From: Macrostomum lignano
Lineage: Eukaryota
DNA length: 64,000 bases
NCBI GenBank assembly: GCA_002269645.1
Contig: NIVC01000040.1
Coordinates: 806,001 to 870,000, forward strand
Direction: 5' to 3'
How positions within the stretch are numbered: the first letter of the stretch is position 1; each line of letters begins with the position of its first letter. The notes beneath the pieces are model-generated. The model was not told where the DNA came from. It did not search any database and saw only the letters and a list, made by a program, of their open reading frames with translations. Shown here in pieces: positions 10,984 through 22,491 of this stretch. Both the position numbers and the translations under genes were made by a program.

Positions 10984-12859
10984 CTGTATCCTCTGGGAGA
11001 TTTGGTTGATCTCGAGTCGTCCTCGTCTTCTTCTTAAGCCGATGTTTTTGCGTATTGGCGAATCAGGCAGCCTTTTTTAAATTTATGTACCCGTGTATGT
11101 TGGCTGGCCTATTTTCTCCAAACTTTCGAACTTGGTTGGGTTGCAGGCCGGAACGAGGAGGCGAGGGAAGGCAGTAAATTCTGGCAGTTTTTCAAGAGCC
11201 AACCCAAAATCTCGAAGGTTTTTATTGCGCCGCGCGATCAACTCCCCTCGAGGAGAGGAGAAGAAGGAAAAAATTATAGAAGAAATAGAGCGGCAGGAGA
11301 TGCGGATGTCATTCTCCTCCGCTTTCTATACGGACTGCAGCTTCGCCTGGATCTGCTTCTCGCATTGGAATCGAATAGCGGAGAGAACCTGGGGCGAGTC
11401 TCCCGGGGTGTCCAAATAATGCGCTGCTTCCTGCTTGTGTTGCTGCTTGCTGGCCAGCTTCTTGAAGACTAGCCGACTGTGGGGGGGGGGCGACTTCATA
11501 TCCCGATCCCGTTGTTGGCGCAATAAAATATGATGGGGAAATTTGAGGGGGGTAGAGTTATCCACCCTCTACAAGAACGAATCCTGACCCCGGCGCGCTT
11601 CTCGCTCACTGCGCGGTCGAGTGCACGCTTGAATGGCTCTTCATCCAGAGTTTTGGAGTGCCGCTCCGGGAGCTAGCGAAGTCCAGGGAGTCGGGCCGCT
11701 GCGAAATCCGAGAATAGGGAGGGCATATAGCGAGAGATGGAAGGCCTCCAGGGGCGCCCGTCCGATTTTTCGATTGGCACACGCGCGCAGCAAGATTGGA
11801 ACAGGGGCGATGAAGACTCTCTCTACCAAAGGCGAGCCCAACCTGCCTAGTTGCTGCGGCCCCTGCGTCAGCCGCCCTGCCAATTCTCTGTCATCACTTT
11901 GGCCCGAGGGCCGCTTCGGAATAAGGGAATTAATCGTTCCGCGTCCCAGCAGGGGTGCGGCCGCCAAACTTGGTTGATGATCCCAATTTTTCTCAGCAAC
12001 CCAATTGCCTCGGGCCGGCGCGCGCAGGTTTGCCCATTTTTTTCTTATAATAATTCGATCGTCTGCCATCAGGAAGAGACCGCGCGGCAGCCGTTAGTTG
12101 ATTTGCGCGCAACACCAGGGCGGGTTGGGGGAAACATTGCGCCAGACTGGCCGCAACATAAATCCCTAGCTATGCAATCGGGCAGAAGTGCAACGAGAAC
12201 AAGCCCTGGCGCACACTTCCACCATCGGAGGACGTCACCGCGATAGTCTGTGAACGCCCGAAGACTCAGCTGCGTGCGCTTATAAAACAGCCACTATTTA
12301 TATGTAGGTGCAGGACGGCCCCAGAAACCGGTCACGCCCAGCAACTATAAGAGACATCTATCGGTGTAATTTACAATTGTTCTCTGCTCCGCGACCTGTG
12401 CACTTGTACGGCCCCTTACGCTTGATTGACTTGCTTATTTCAATTTTGTGGTTCTCTCTCTCGCACAGATTTTGAATCGTGAGCCGTGTAGCCCTGCTCA
12501 GTCAGCCAAGCAGCCCGCTTTACCTTGTCAATTATGCATTGCAGGTTGAAGTTCTTGAGCTGCTTGCAACTATTGTAGTAACAAGGAATGGATGATCTTT
12601 AATGTTTAATTAAACATCGATGTTTTTATATTGACCTCAGCTCCCTATAGCTGCGGTTTCGTTAGGCCTGAGTGATTTTACAACGTGAGCGTGTCGAGAC
12701 GGCGAGTTGTGCCCCGTAAAACATTCTCTCATTAAAAAAGTCTGGAGTTTGTTTTGGCTTTATATATCTGGCACTATCGCTAAGAAGATACAACGCTGTA
12801 GAGCTGCTTTGACACTGTCTATAGCTCATATAGTTTAATTATACTCATAGCGCCCTACA

Positions 12860-13722
12860 ATGGCCCTGACTCTGCCTCTGGCGTCAGATCCGGCGTCAGA
12901 ACCGGCTGTCAAGTCGCCTTCTAGTCCAGCGACAACGCCGCACCACCAGCCGCAGCAGCAGCAGCCTCCACCGTCGCCAGCAAATTTGACGTCTCAACCC
13001 GAAGAGATTGGCTCCAACCCTTTCTTAGACGCATTCTTCGCGGTTGACAAAGACCATAGCGAGTCCATCACATCCGAGGAACTGTCGGATTACATGTCCA
13101 ATTCTCAGTTTGAGAACAACTTTGGAGAGGTAACTGTATACGCTTAAAGTTGTAAAATTACTTTACTGAGGTTACATTAAGAAGCTACATGAATGTTACG
13201 CCTAAATTCGACATCATTCTTCCGCTCAGAAATGGATGAAGCTCTTTGACGAAGACGCTGATGGTACGATCACTCTGGAAGAGTACTGCAACGTACTTGG
13301 TCTCAACCCGAAACAGGCGTAAGTCAACTTGGTTTGCTAACGTGTTACATCTGATGCTGGGTTTTGAATATATTAAAATGAATGCATCACTTAGGAGAGT
13401 CTATCGCGACAAGAAAGTCAGAGCCGCCTGCCTAAAAGAGAACCGATTGCCCGAAGACGTCGCCTGCATTTCGGCCAGTATGCAGTTGGAGACGCAGTTA
13501 GACGTAATTGAAGTATTTCGCGAGGCTCAGCGTCGCAGTCAGCAGGCCAGAGACATTGCGGCCTACATGAAAACCCAGCTGGATCAGCAGTTTGGTCGCC
13601 TGTGGCACATTGTGCTGCTGACTGGACAGTACTGGGCCAGCTACAGTCACGAGCCGGGGATGGCGCTATTCTTCAAATCCAACAAGTTCATCGTGATGGC
13701 CTGGCGAACGCCCGGCATTTAG
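12860..13722 (+). CDS. EF-hand + dynein-light-chain domain protein (TAL/tegument-antigen-like), ~228 aa
   Basis: join(12860..13129,13230..13318,13395..13722), phases 0 and 2 consistent. EF hands DKDHSESITSEEL and DEDADGTITLEEY; DLC-like AAYMKTQLDQQFGRLWHIVL...YSHEPG...FF. Confidence 0.9.
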
Positions 13723-13789
13723 GGGCTGTTGTTTCAGTAAGAATGAGTCAGGATAGATTGTGGCTGAGTCAGGGTGTGTTAAGGTCAAG

Positions 13790-13950
13790 GTTGAAGGTCA
13801 GTCAGGATGGGTTAAGGTGAGTCAGGATGAGTTAAGGTGAGTCAGGGTGAGTTAAGGTGAGTCAGGATGAGTTAAGGTGAGTCAGGATGAGTTAAGGTGA
13901 GTCAGGATGGGTTAAGGTGAGTCAGGATGAGTTAAGGTGAGTCAGGATGA
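13790..13950. repeat. 20-bp minisatellite GTTAAGGTGAGTCAGGATGA
   Basis: About 8 tandem copies 3' of the TAL gene. Confidence 0.9.
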
Positions 13951-14787
13951 GTCTGACTGAGTCTATGTTGAGGGTGTTCACTCGAATGCAACAGAAGAGT
14001 ATAGTCACTTTAGGCAGCCACAATACTCTGAATAAACTTTTTTATACAGAAGTTTTATCCAAACTTTACCTGCACCAATTAAAGCGCACTGATAAGCAAC
14101 CAATTTTTATTTTTAATTAAACCCTTAATCTTAAAGTACATGCCAACATCTTATAAAATAATTTTTGCAATAATTCTTTTCTTGTAAATAAATGTAAATT
14201 AAGGCGGCTCTGTGCTTATTGATGCTTGCCTGGAGTCCAGAGGTTTATTATTTTGCTCTTAGCTAATCTAGCATCTTACCATACAGTTTCTTAAACCGAT
14301 TCCTTTAATCGATTGGTTTTGAGTAAGTTGGTGATAAAATTTAAAACTGCGATTGTCAAAGCAACCAATCTAAAATCAGTTAATTATATGAAGCAGAAAA
14401 TCATCACATAAAAAATTAGGATTTACAAAACATAGCCAGGAAACAGTAAGTAGGTAATATTAATATTGTAGTTGCAACTATTTAAATAAATGATAACAGT
14501 ACGTTAGGAAAATATTCTTATAAGTATTAATCATTTTAATAAGGCCATATAAATAACTAATTAAATAGCCGCAAGCAGACGGTCGGAAGTTCACATTAAC
14601 GTCGTTTGCAGCGACAACAAAATTTTAGTTGGTTTCTTTCCTGGTTGAATTTTACCCAATTTGTAGTGAAGATTTTGTACAAACTAGCACCCAATGTGGA
14701 GGGATTTTCGGTCGGGTCCAGGGGTGGGTCAGAAGCAGGTCAAGACAGGTCACAAGTCAGAAGTCACGCGTAGTGGGGTCAGGTCAG

Positions 14788-16432
14788 TCACACTCGTCGC
14801 TTGATGCCGAAATCCTCGAAGTCCAGCATGGCGTCTTCCTCCTTGGATACGTGCAGGATTCTTCGTTGCAGGCCGATGCTGGCCGGCTTAAAGTTCTCTC
14901 CGTCGTTGGCCTCCTTGATGGATTTGACGGCTTCCACGGTCTGAGGAATTTTTTCAATTGGTTTTGGTTGCATTTCGTAAAAAACCATAAACATTTAATG
15001 TCAGGTATACTCTACTGACAAAAGTAGAAATAAAAACATTTTTCGAGAATTTTGTAAAAATCTATAGATGTTTCATGCAAGAGATACTCTACTGACAAAA
15101 GTAGAAATAAAAACATTTTTCGAGAATTTTTGTAAAAATCTATAGATGTTTCATGCAAGAGATACTCTACTGAAGAAAGTAGAAAGGAAAACATTTTTCG
15201 ATAATTTTTGTACGAACAGTAAACATAAAAGCATTTTACACATTTTAAGTTTTGCGTAGGGTAAGTTATGTGAGCTTTTTCTCACCCAGTCGAAGACGGC
15301 GAATGCGGCCGGACTCTGCAGGGCCATCTCGCGCCTGTCGATGCCGCTGAGAATCTGCTGACTGCGCGCGGCGATGCGCGGATCAACGCTGGTAGCGTCG
15401 AAGCCACCGTTGGCGAGGCGCTCGACGCCCTTCAGCAGCGGCTGGCAGCGCTTCCATTTCTGGAAGGAATTCATTGAAATGGGGGCGCTTGCTGTCAGTG
15501 AGGAGAGCTTCATCACTGATTTGAAGAGGGAGAATCTGCAGTGCGCATTTCGATATTAAACTAATTGCATTTCATTTGCTTCCCGAATTCCCTCTATTTC
15601 TCTCTTTAATCCATTTCTCTACCAGAATTCCCTCCATTTCTCTTCTAGAATTCCCTCCATTTCTCTACTAGAATTCCCTCCATTTCTCTACTAGAATTCC
15701 CTCCATTTCTCTACTAGAATTCCCTCCATTTCTCTACCGGAATTCCCTCCATTTCTCTACTAGAATTCCCTCCATTTCTCTACTAGAATTCCCTCCATTT
15801 CTCTACCGGAATTCCCTCCATTTCTCTACTAGAATTCCCTCCATTTCTCTACCGGAATTTCCTCCATTTCTCTACTAGAATTTCCTCCATTTCTCTACTA
15901 GAATTTCCTCCATTTCTCTACTAGAATTCCCTCCATTTCTCTACCGGAATTCCCTCCATTTCTTTACCGGATTTCCCCCCATTTCTCTACCGGAATTCCC
16001 TTTATCTTCGCATGGCGAGTCCCAAGCCTGCTGCTGCTGCCAGTCAAACGCTCACCCTAGTCCGTTTCTCATAGTTGCCAGCCAGCAGCAGCAGGGCCTG
16101 CACAGTTTTGTGCACCGACTCCACCGGTCGCTGGTAGGCCCGAAGCTCCAACAGACTGCGCGCTGTCATCATCGACTGCTGCTGTTGCTTCTTTTGCATG
16201 TCAACGCTGTTCAACTTCCGTTCGCGTTCGATCAGCTCGTCAGCTTCTTCCAGCTCGGAGCGCAGCATCAGCCGCTGATTGTCTGTCAGACTCTCCGACT
16301 TCACCTGCTCCACCAGCTGGGTCAGCCGGCCGACACTGCGATACTTCTTCGACCGGCTGATGGCCGAGCGGAGGACTGCGGAGTATGAGCAGGTCTTGCT
16401 GCAGATTGGCTGACAGACAGTCAGACAGACAG

Positions 16433-16527
<95 letters not shown>

Positions 16528-16530
16528 GGC

Positions 16531-16622
<92 letters not shown>

Positions 16623-19600
16623 GGACAGACAGACAGACGGGCAGACAGACGGACAGACAGACGGGCAGACTCACTTTTCCGCTGCTCCAGAGCGTGCAGC
16701 GTCAGCTTGGCTTCCTTGAGCTTCTTCACCTCGCGCTCCTTCAGCATGATCCGCTCGGCGGCGGCCTCGGTCTCGGTGATGGCATCGCCAATTCTGTCGG
16801 CGTTGCGCGGCTTGGCCAGCAGGGCGGAGTCGAGCTCGGCGAAGCGCAGCTTCAGCTGCTCCCGCCGCGGCGAAGTCTTGGAACCTCCGGCGCCCTGATG
16901 TTTGGCCGTTGGCTGGCCTCTGCCCTGCGATTGTTCGATAGAGAAAAAAGCCATCACCTGAGATTTAAACTTTAAAAGCTTTTCTCGTAAAACTGTCTGA
17001 AGAATAAAAAGCTACTCACAGTAGTCACTGCTCTACCGGGCGACACACCACCAGAAGGCCGAGGCGATCTGACGGGCGGAAGCGTTTTCTGCTTCGAAGA
17101 ATGAAAAGCAGCAACTGGCTGCTCCTGTTGCTGCTTTGTTGGCTTCCTTTCATCTTTAGCGGCTTGTGCCTCGTCAGCTGCGAAAGCTGCCGGTTGATCC
17201 TCCTCGGCTGGGGCAGCTTCCGGTTGAGCCTCCTCGGCTGGGGCAGCATCCGGTTGAGCCTCCTCGGCTGGGGCAGCATCCGGTTGAGCCTCCTCGGCTG
17301 GGGCAGCATCCGGTTGAGCCTCCTCGGCTGGGGCAGCTTCCGGTTGAGCCTCATCAGCCACTGGCTGCGCATCCTCGGCTGGGGCAGCATCCGGTTGAGC
17401 CTCCTCGGCTGGGGCAGCTTCCGGTTGAGCCTCATCAGCCACTGGCTGCGCATCCTCGGCTGGGGTAGCTCCCGGTTGAGCCTCCTCGGCTGGGGCAGCT
17501 TCCGGTTGAGCTTCATCAGCCACTGGCTGCGCATCATCGGCTGGGGTAGCTCCCGGTTGAGCCTCCTCGGCTGGGGCAGCTTCCGGTTGAGCTTCATCAG
17601 CCACTGGCTGCGCATCATCGACTGGAGCAGCTTCCGGTTGAGCCTCCTCGGCTGGGGCAGCTTCCGGTTGAGCTTCATCAGCCACTGGCTGCGCATCATC
17701 GACTGGAGCAGCTTCCGGTTGAGCCTCCTCGGCTGGGGCAGGTTCCGGTTGAGCCTCCTCGGCTGGGGCAGCTTCCGGTTGAGCATCGTCGGCTGGGGCA
17801 GCTTCCGGTTGAGCCTCATCAGCCACTGGCTGCGCATCCTCGGCTGTGGTAGCTTCCGGTTGAGCATCGTCGGCTGGGGCAGCTTCCGGTTGAGCCTCAT
17901 CAGCCACTGGCTGCGCATCCTCGGCTGTGGTAGCTTCCGGTTGAGCCTCATCAACCACTGGCTGCGCATCCTCGGCTGGGGTAGCTTCCGGTTGAGCCTC
18001 ATCTGCTGGAGCAGCTTCCGGTTGAGTTTCATCGGCTGGGGTAGCTTCCGGTTGAGCCTCATCAACCACTGGCTGCGCATCCTCGGCTGGGGCAGCTTCC
18101 GGTTGAGCTTCATCAGCCACTGGCTGCGCATCATCGGCTGGAGCAGCTTCCAGTTGAGCCTCCTCGGCTGGGGCAGGTTCCGGTTGAGCCTCCTCGGCTT
18201 GAGCAGCTTCCGGTTGAGCATCGTCGGCTGGACCACCTTCCGGTTGAGCCTCATCGGTAGAGGCAGCCTCCGTTTTAGCCTCATCGGTAGAGGCAGCCTC
18301 CGGTTTAGCCTCATCGGTAGAGGCAGCCTCCGGTTTAGCCTCATCGGTAGAGGCAGCTTCCGGTTGAGCTTCAAAGACTTGAGCAGCTTCCGCTTGATCC
18401 TCACCAGCCACTGGCTGCGCATCCTCGGCTGGGGTAGCTTCCAGTTGAGCCTCATCTGCTGGAGCAGCTTCCGGTTGAGTCTCCTCGGCTGGGGTAGCTT
18501 CCGGTTTAGCCTCATCAGCCACTGGCTGCGCATCCTCGGCTTGAGTAGCTTCCGGTTGAGCCTTCTCAGCTGGTGCAGCTTCCGGTTGAGCCTCATCGGC
18601 CGGGGTAGTTTCCTGTTGAGCCTCCTTGGCTGGGGCAGCTTCCGGTTGAGCCTCATCGGCTGGAGAAACTTCCGGTTGAGCCTCCTCGGCTTGAGCAGCT
18701 TTTGGTTGAGCTTCATCGGTAGAGGCAGCTTCCGGTTGAACCTCATCGGTAGAGGCAGCTTCCGGTTGAGCCTCATCGGCTAGAGAAACTTCCGGTTGAG
18801 CCTCCTCGACTTGAGCAGCTTCCGGTTGAGCCTCATCGGCTGGGGCTGCTTTCGGTTGAGCTTTTTCTATTGGGGCAGCTTCCGGTTGTGCCTCATCAGC
18901 CACTGGCTGCGCACCCTCGGCTTGGGTAGCTTCCGGTAGAGCCTCGTCAGCTGGGCCAGCTTCTGGTTGAGCCTCATCAGCTGGGGCAGTTTCCGGTTGA
19001 GCCTCCTCGGCTTGAGCAGCTTCCGGTTGAGCCTCATCGGTAGAGGCAGCTTCCGGTTTAGCCTCATCGGTAGAGGCGGCTTCCGGTTTAACCTCATCGG
19101 CAGAGGCAGTTTCCGGTTTAGCCTCATCGGTAGAGGCAGCTTCCGGTTTAGCCTCATCGGTAGAGACAGCTTCCGGTTTAGTCTCATCGGCAGAGGCAGC
19201 TTCCGGTTTAGCCTCATCGGTAGAGGCAGCTTCCGGTTTAGCCTCATCGGTAGAGGCAGCTTCCGGTTTAGCCTCATCGGCAGAGGCAGCTTCCGGTTTA
19301 GCCTCATCGGTAGAGGCAGCTTCCGGTTTAGCCTCATCGGCAGAGGCAGCTTCCGGTTGAGCTTCATAGACTTGGACTGCTTCCGCTTGATCCTCATCAG
19401 CCACTGGCTGCGCATCCTCGGCTGGAGTAGTTTCCGGTTGAGCCTCATCAGCCACTGGCTGCGTATCCTCGGCTGGGGCGGCTTCCGGTTGAGCCTCATC
19501 AGCCACTGGCTGCGCATCCTCGGCTGGAGTAGTTTCCGGTTGAGCCTCATCAGCCACTGGCTGCGTATCCTCGGCCGGGGCGGCTTCCGGTTGAGCCTCA

Positions 19601-21011
19601 TCAGCCACTGGCTGCGCATCCTCGGCTGGGGCAGCTTCCGGTTGAGCCTCATCGGCGGGAGAAACTTCCAGTTGAGCTTCCTCGGCTTGAGCAGCTTTTG
19701 GTTGAGCCTCATCGGTAGGGGCAGCTTCCGGTTTAGCCTCATCGGTAGAGGCAGCTTCCGGTTGAACTTCATAGACTTGGGCAGCTTCCGCTTGATCCTC
19801 ACCAGCCACTGGCTGCGCATCCTCGGCTGGGGCAGCTTCCGGTTGAGCATCATTAGCGGAGGCAGCTTCTGGTTTAGGCTCATCGGTTGAGGCAGTTTCT
19901 CGTTGAGCCTCATCAGCAACTGGCTGCGCATCCTCGGCTGGGGCAGCTTCCGGTTTAGCTTCTTCGGTTGAGGCATCTTCTAGTTTAGCCTCCTTGGTCA
20001 AGGCAGCTTCTGGTTGAACCTCATCAGCTTGTGAAGCTTCTTGCGCTTGAGCCTCATCGGCTTGAGCAGGTTCTTCTGGTTGAGTGTCATCGGCTTGAGC
20101 AGCTTCCTTTTGAGCATCATCGGATTGAGCAGCTTCCGGTTGAGTCTCATTAGCTTGATCAGCTTCCGGTTGAGCATCTTCAGCTGGGGAATCATTCTGT
20201 TGTGCCTTGTGCTCTTGATCAGCTTCTACTTTAGTTTTATCAGCTTGAGCAGCTTCTTTTTGTTGAGTGTCATCGCCTTGAGCAGCTTTCAGTTGAGCAT
20301 CGTCGGCTGGAGCAGCTTCCGGTTGAGCATTGTCGGCTGGAGCAGCTTCCGGTTGAGCATTGTCGGCTGGAGCAGCTTCTGGTTGAGCATCGTCGGCTGG
20401 AGCAGCTTCTGGTTGAGCATCGTCGGCTTGAGCAGCTTCTAATTGCTTAGTCCCTCCAAGGGGCTCCGCAGCTGGTTCAGGTGCCGTGTCCTGTCTTACT
20501 GGCACTTTGTCGCCATCGCTGCGACCGTTCTTAGGGCTCTGTTGAAGGATGAAAAAGTTTGGAAGTGACAAATATGTTTATAGTCGAGTACATCGATAGG
20601 CTCGTACTATGGAGTAGACATTGGCGAGCTTGTATGTGCTCAGGAGTCAGCGGAGACGATGTCGCTGAAGGCATTTTACCGGGGTGCCCACGGCCCTTTT
20701 GTACTCGTAATAACAATTATTATTATTATTATGCTAGTAATTCATTGTTTGGTAACGCTGTAAGACTCAGCAATGAAAGATTCAGTTATGAAATGTTCTG
20801 AGCACAAGTATTCAACTTCATACGGTTATAATTGTGCAAATTTGGCTACAGAATTCACGCTTGCCAGAAGGTGACCTATTGAAGTTAGTGTTAAAGCGCT
20901 TGCAAACTTGCCATGTCGGTAATGCATTTTTCAGAGAAAACCAGCAATGAAAGCCAAGCAACTCACCGCCGCCCGCTGCTCAGCAGCCAACTCAGTCGAG
21001 GCTTCTGTCAT
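14788..21011 (-). CDS. ~1486-aa protein: ~1100-aa acidic Ala/Glu/Pro/Gln/Asp repeat + helical region + C-terminal module resembling the dynein stalk microtubule-binding domain
   Basis: complement(join(14788..14940,15286..15459,16056..16375,16675..16924,17020..20538,20967..21011)); all introns GT-AG and frame-consistent (4461 nt). Exon 1 MTEASTELAAEQRAA|gtgagt. Repeat units EAQPEAAPAD/DAQPVAD. Spliced C-terminus SLLELRAYQRPVESVHKTVQALLLLAG...KWKRCQPLLK...FDATSVDPRIAARSQQIL...SPAAFAVFDWTV. Confidence 0.8.
15008..15200. repeat. ~77-bp tandem repeat, ~2.5 copies (intronic)
   Basis: TACTCTACTGACAAAAGTAGAAATAAAAACATTTTTCG recurs at 15008, 15085 and 15163. Confidence 0.9.
15590..15990. repeat. 23-bp minisatellite GAATTCCCTCCATTTCTCTACTA (intronic)
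   Basis: Direct tandem copies. Confidence 0.95.
16420..16668. repeat. (CAGA)n microsatellite filling intron 3 of the acidic-repeat gene
   Basis: Direct observation. Confidence 0.95.
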
Positions 21012-22491
21012 CTCGTGACTTCGGGGTGACTGACCCTACTGGCTCGCGTTTTTAACTTTTTGACTCGAACGAAAGTCTGTTGCTAGCTATGGCTAACCAA
21101 CTCGCTCTGAGTCTGAGACCGCCGGAATTTATCAGCTGCCACCCACTTTATTGTCTCTCTCTCTCTTCACTATGACAACGGCTGGCCAAGACGAATATTG
21201 AGTCGGGTGTTCTTCATTTATCTTTACTGGACTTTCTCTCTATCTCTCTCTCTCTCTCTAGCTGAGATTAGACAACTAAACTAACAAGTTCAGACCCAGC
21301 AAAGAATCGACAGCAACACAGTTTGTTCGCAAGTGCAGGTTAATAGAGAGAAAGACACGATTAAGAGACCAAAAAAACACACGCAGCAATGCTTGGTTGC
21401 GTTCACTCCTTGCCAACCAGCGCCTCGCACGTCGAGCAGGGGGGTGGAGTTGGCGGTTTCCATAGCAACCGGTGTGAAGCGGCGAGTGACGTTTCTGTGT
21501 CATAATCATATCTTTGCCAATCTAGCCTAGCAGTCTCTCTCCCCCAGTGTGGTTAGGGTGCGAGACCGCTGTTTCATAATGAATATCTGGCAGTTTCTGC
21601 TGGGCAAAAAGGCTTACATGTATTCTGGCAGTCAAAGTTCGCTTGTTAAATATTTGTTCTTGGAAAATATTCTTTAGAATAAAAACTGGAACGTTGTTAC
21701 AAAGCGTTGCGCTTCTCTAAGTAAACTTGGTTTGTTTTCAGATGTTGCGGGTGTACGCGTATAGGGAATGGCTTTAGAATGTATTATATATTTTCTAACA
21801 TGAAGCAGTATAACTAACTATACCGGTAGGTATAAGGATAAAGCGGTAATTTTATTCGGTTATGCATGCACACTCAACAGTTTCTTGGTGGTTGATTTAC
21901 AATAATTCTATACGTGTAGGTTCGATCTTTTATGCGGTCAGAGGGGTCGTGGGCAACGATGCCCAATAGTTATTTATGACTTATAATAAACAATTAAATA
22001 ATTGAGGCGGAAGGCCTTTTAGTTCGATAGATGGTATGGCAGCCAAGATGTTGCACTGCATTGCGCGTATATTTATACAAGTGAAGGGCAGAGGGAGGTG
22101 CGCACATGTGGCGTGGCGTGATTGGCTACGCCAACCCCCCTGGCTTAGCGAGCCGGCTAGCTTGGCGCGCACCCACCCCACCTCAGCTAGACAGAGGCGG
22201 GGGGGTTTCCAGTGCGGCTGCACTGGTGCTGCCGGTCGCGTAGTCTGGCCGCCACATAATAATGTTATTAAAGTATTAGTTTACTAAGTTATTATATACT
22301 ATACTAAATATAACAAATATTAATAATAACTTCATAAAGAATGTTAATAATAAGATAATGCTGACTACTAAAAGAATACTTAATTATAATAAAAGTAATA
22401 TTTGATACAAAAGATATCTAATATAAGTTGTCATGACTACAGATAGAATTAACGCAGTTCCGCGGACCCCTTAAAGACATTGTATACAGTT

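Noticed and set aside
12255-12272. Short match (CGAAGACTCA) to my recollection of a flatworm spliced-leader sequence
   Set aside because: Only ~10 nt, with no donor or Sm site following; expected by chance.
17025-19976. Long alternative-frame and antisense ORFs (MRLNRK..., SFRLSL...) over the acidic repeat
   Set aside because: By-products of a 30/21-nt in-frame repeat lacking stops in other frames; only the acidic frame is flanked by phase-compatible splice sites.
20559-20801. Possible extra exon in intron 1 of the acidic-repeat gene
   Set aside because: Exon 1 (phase 0) already joins exon 2 in frame; no matching donor/acceptor pair found around this GC-rich patch.
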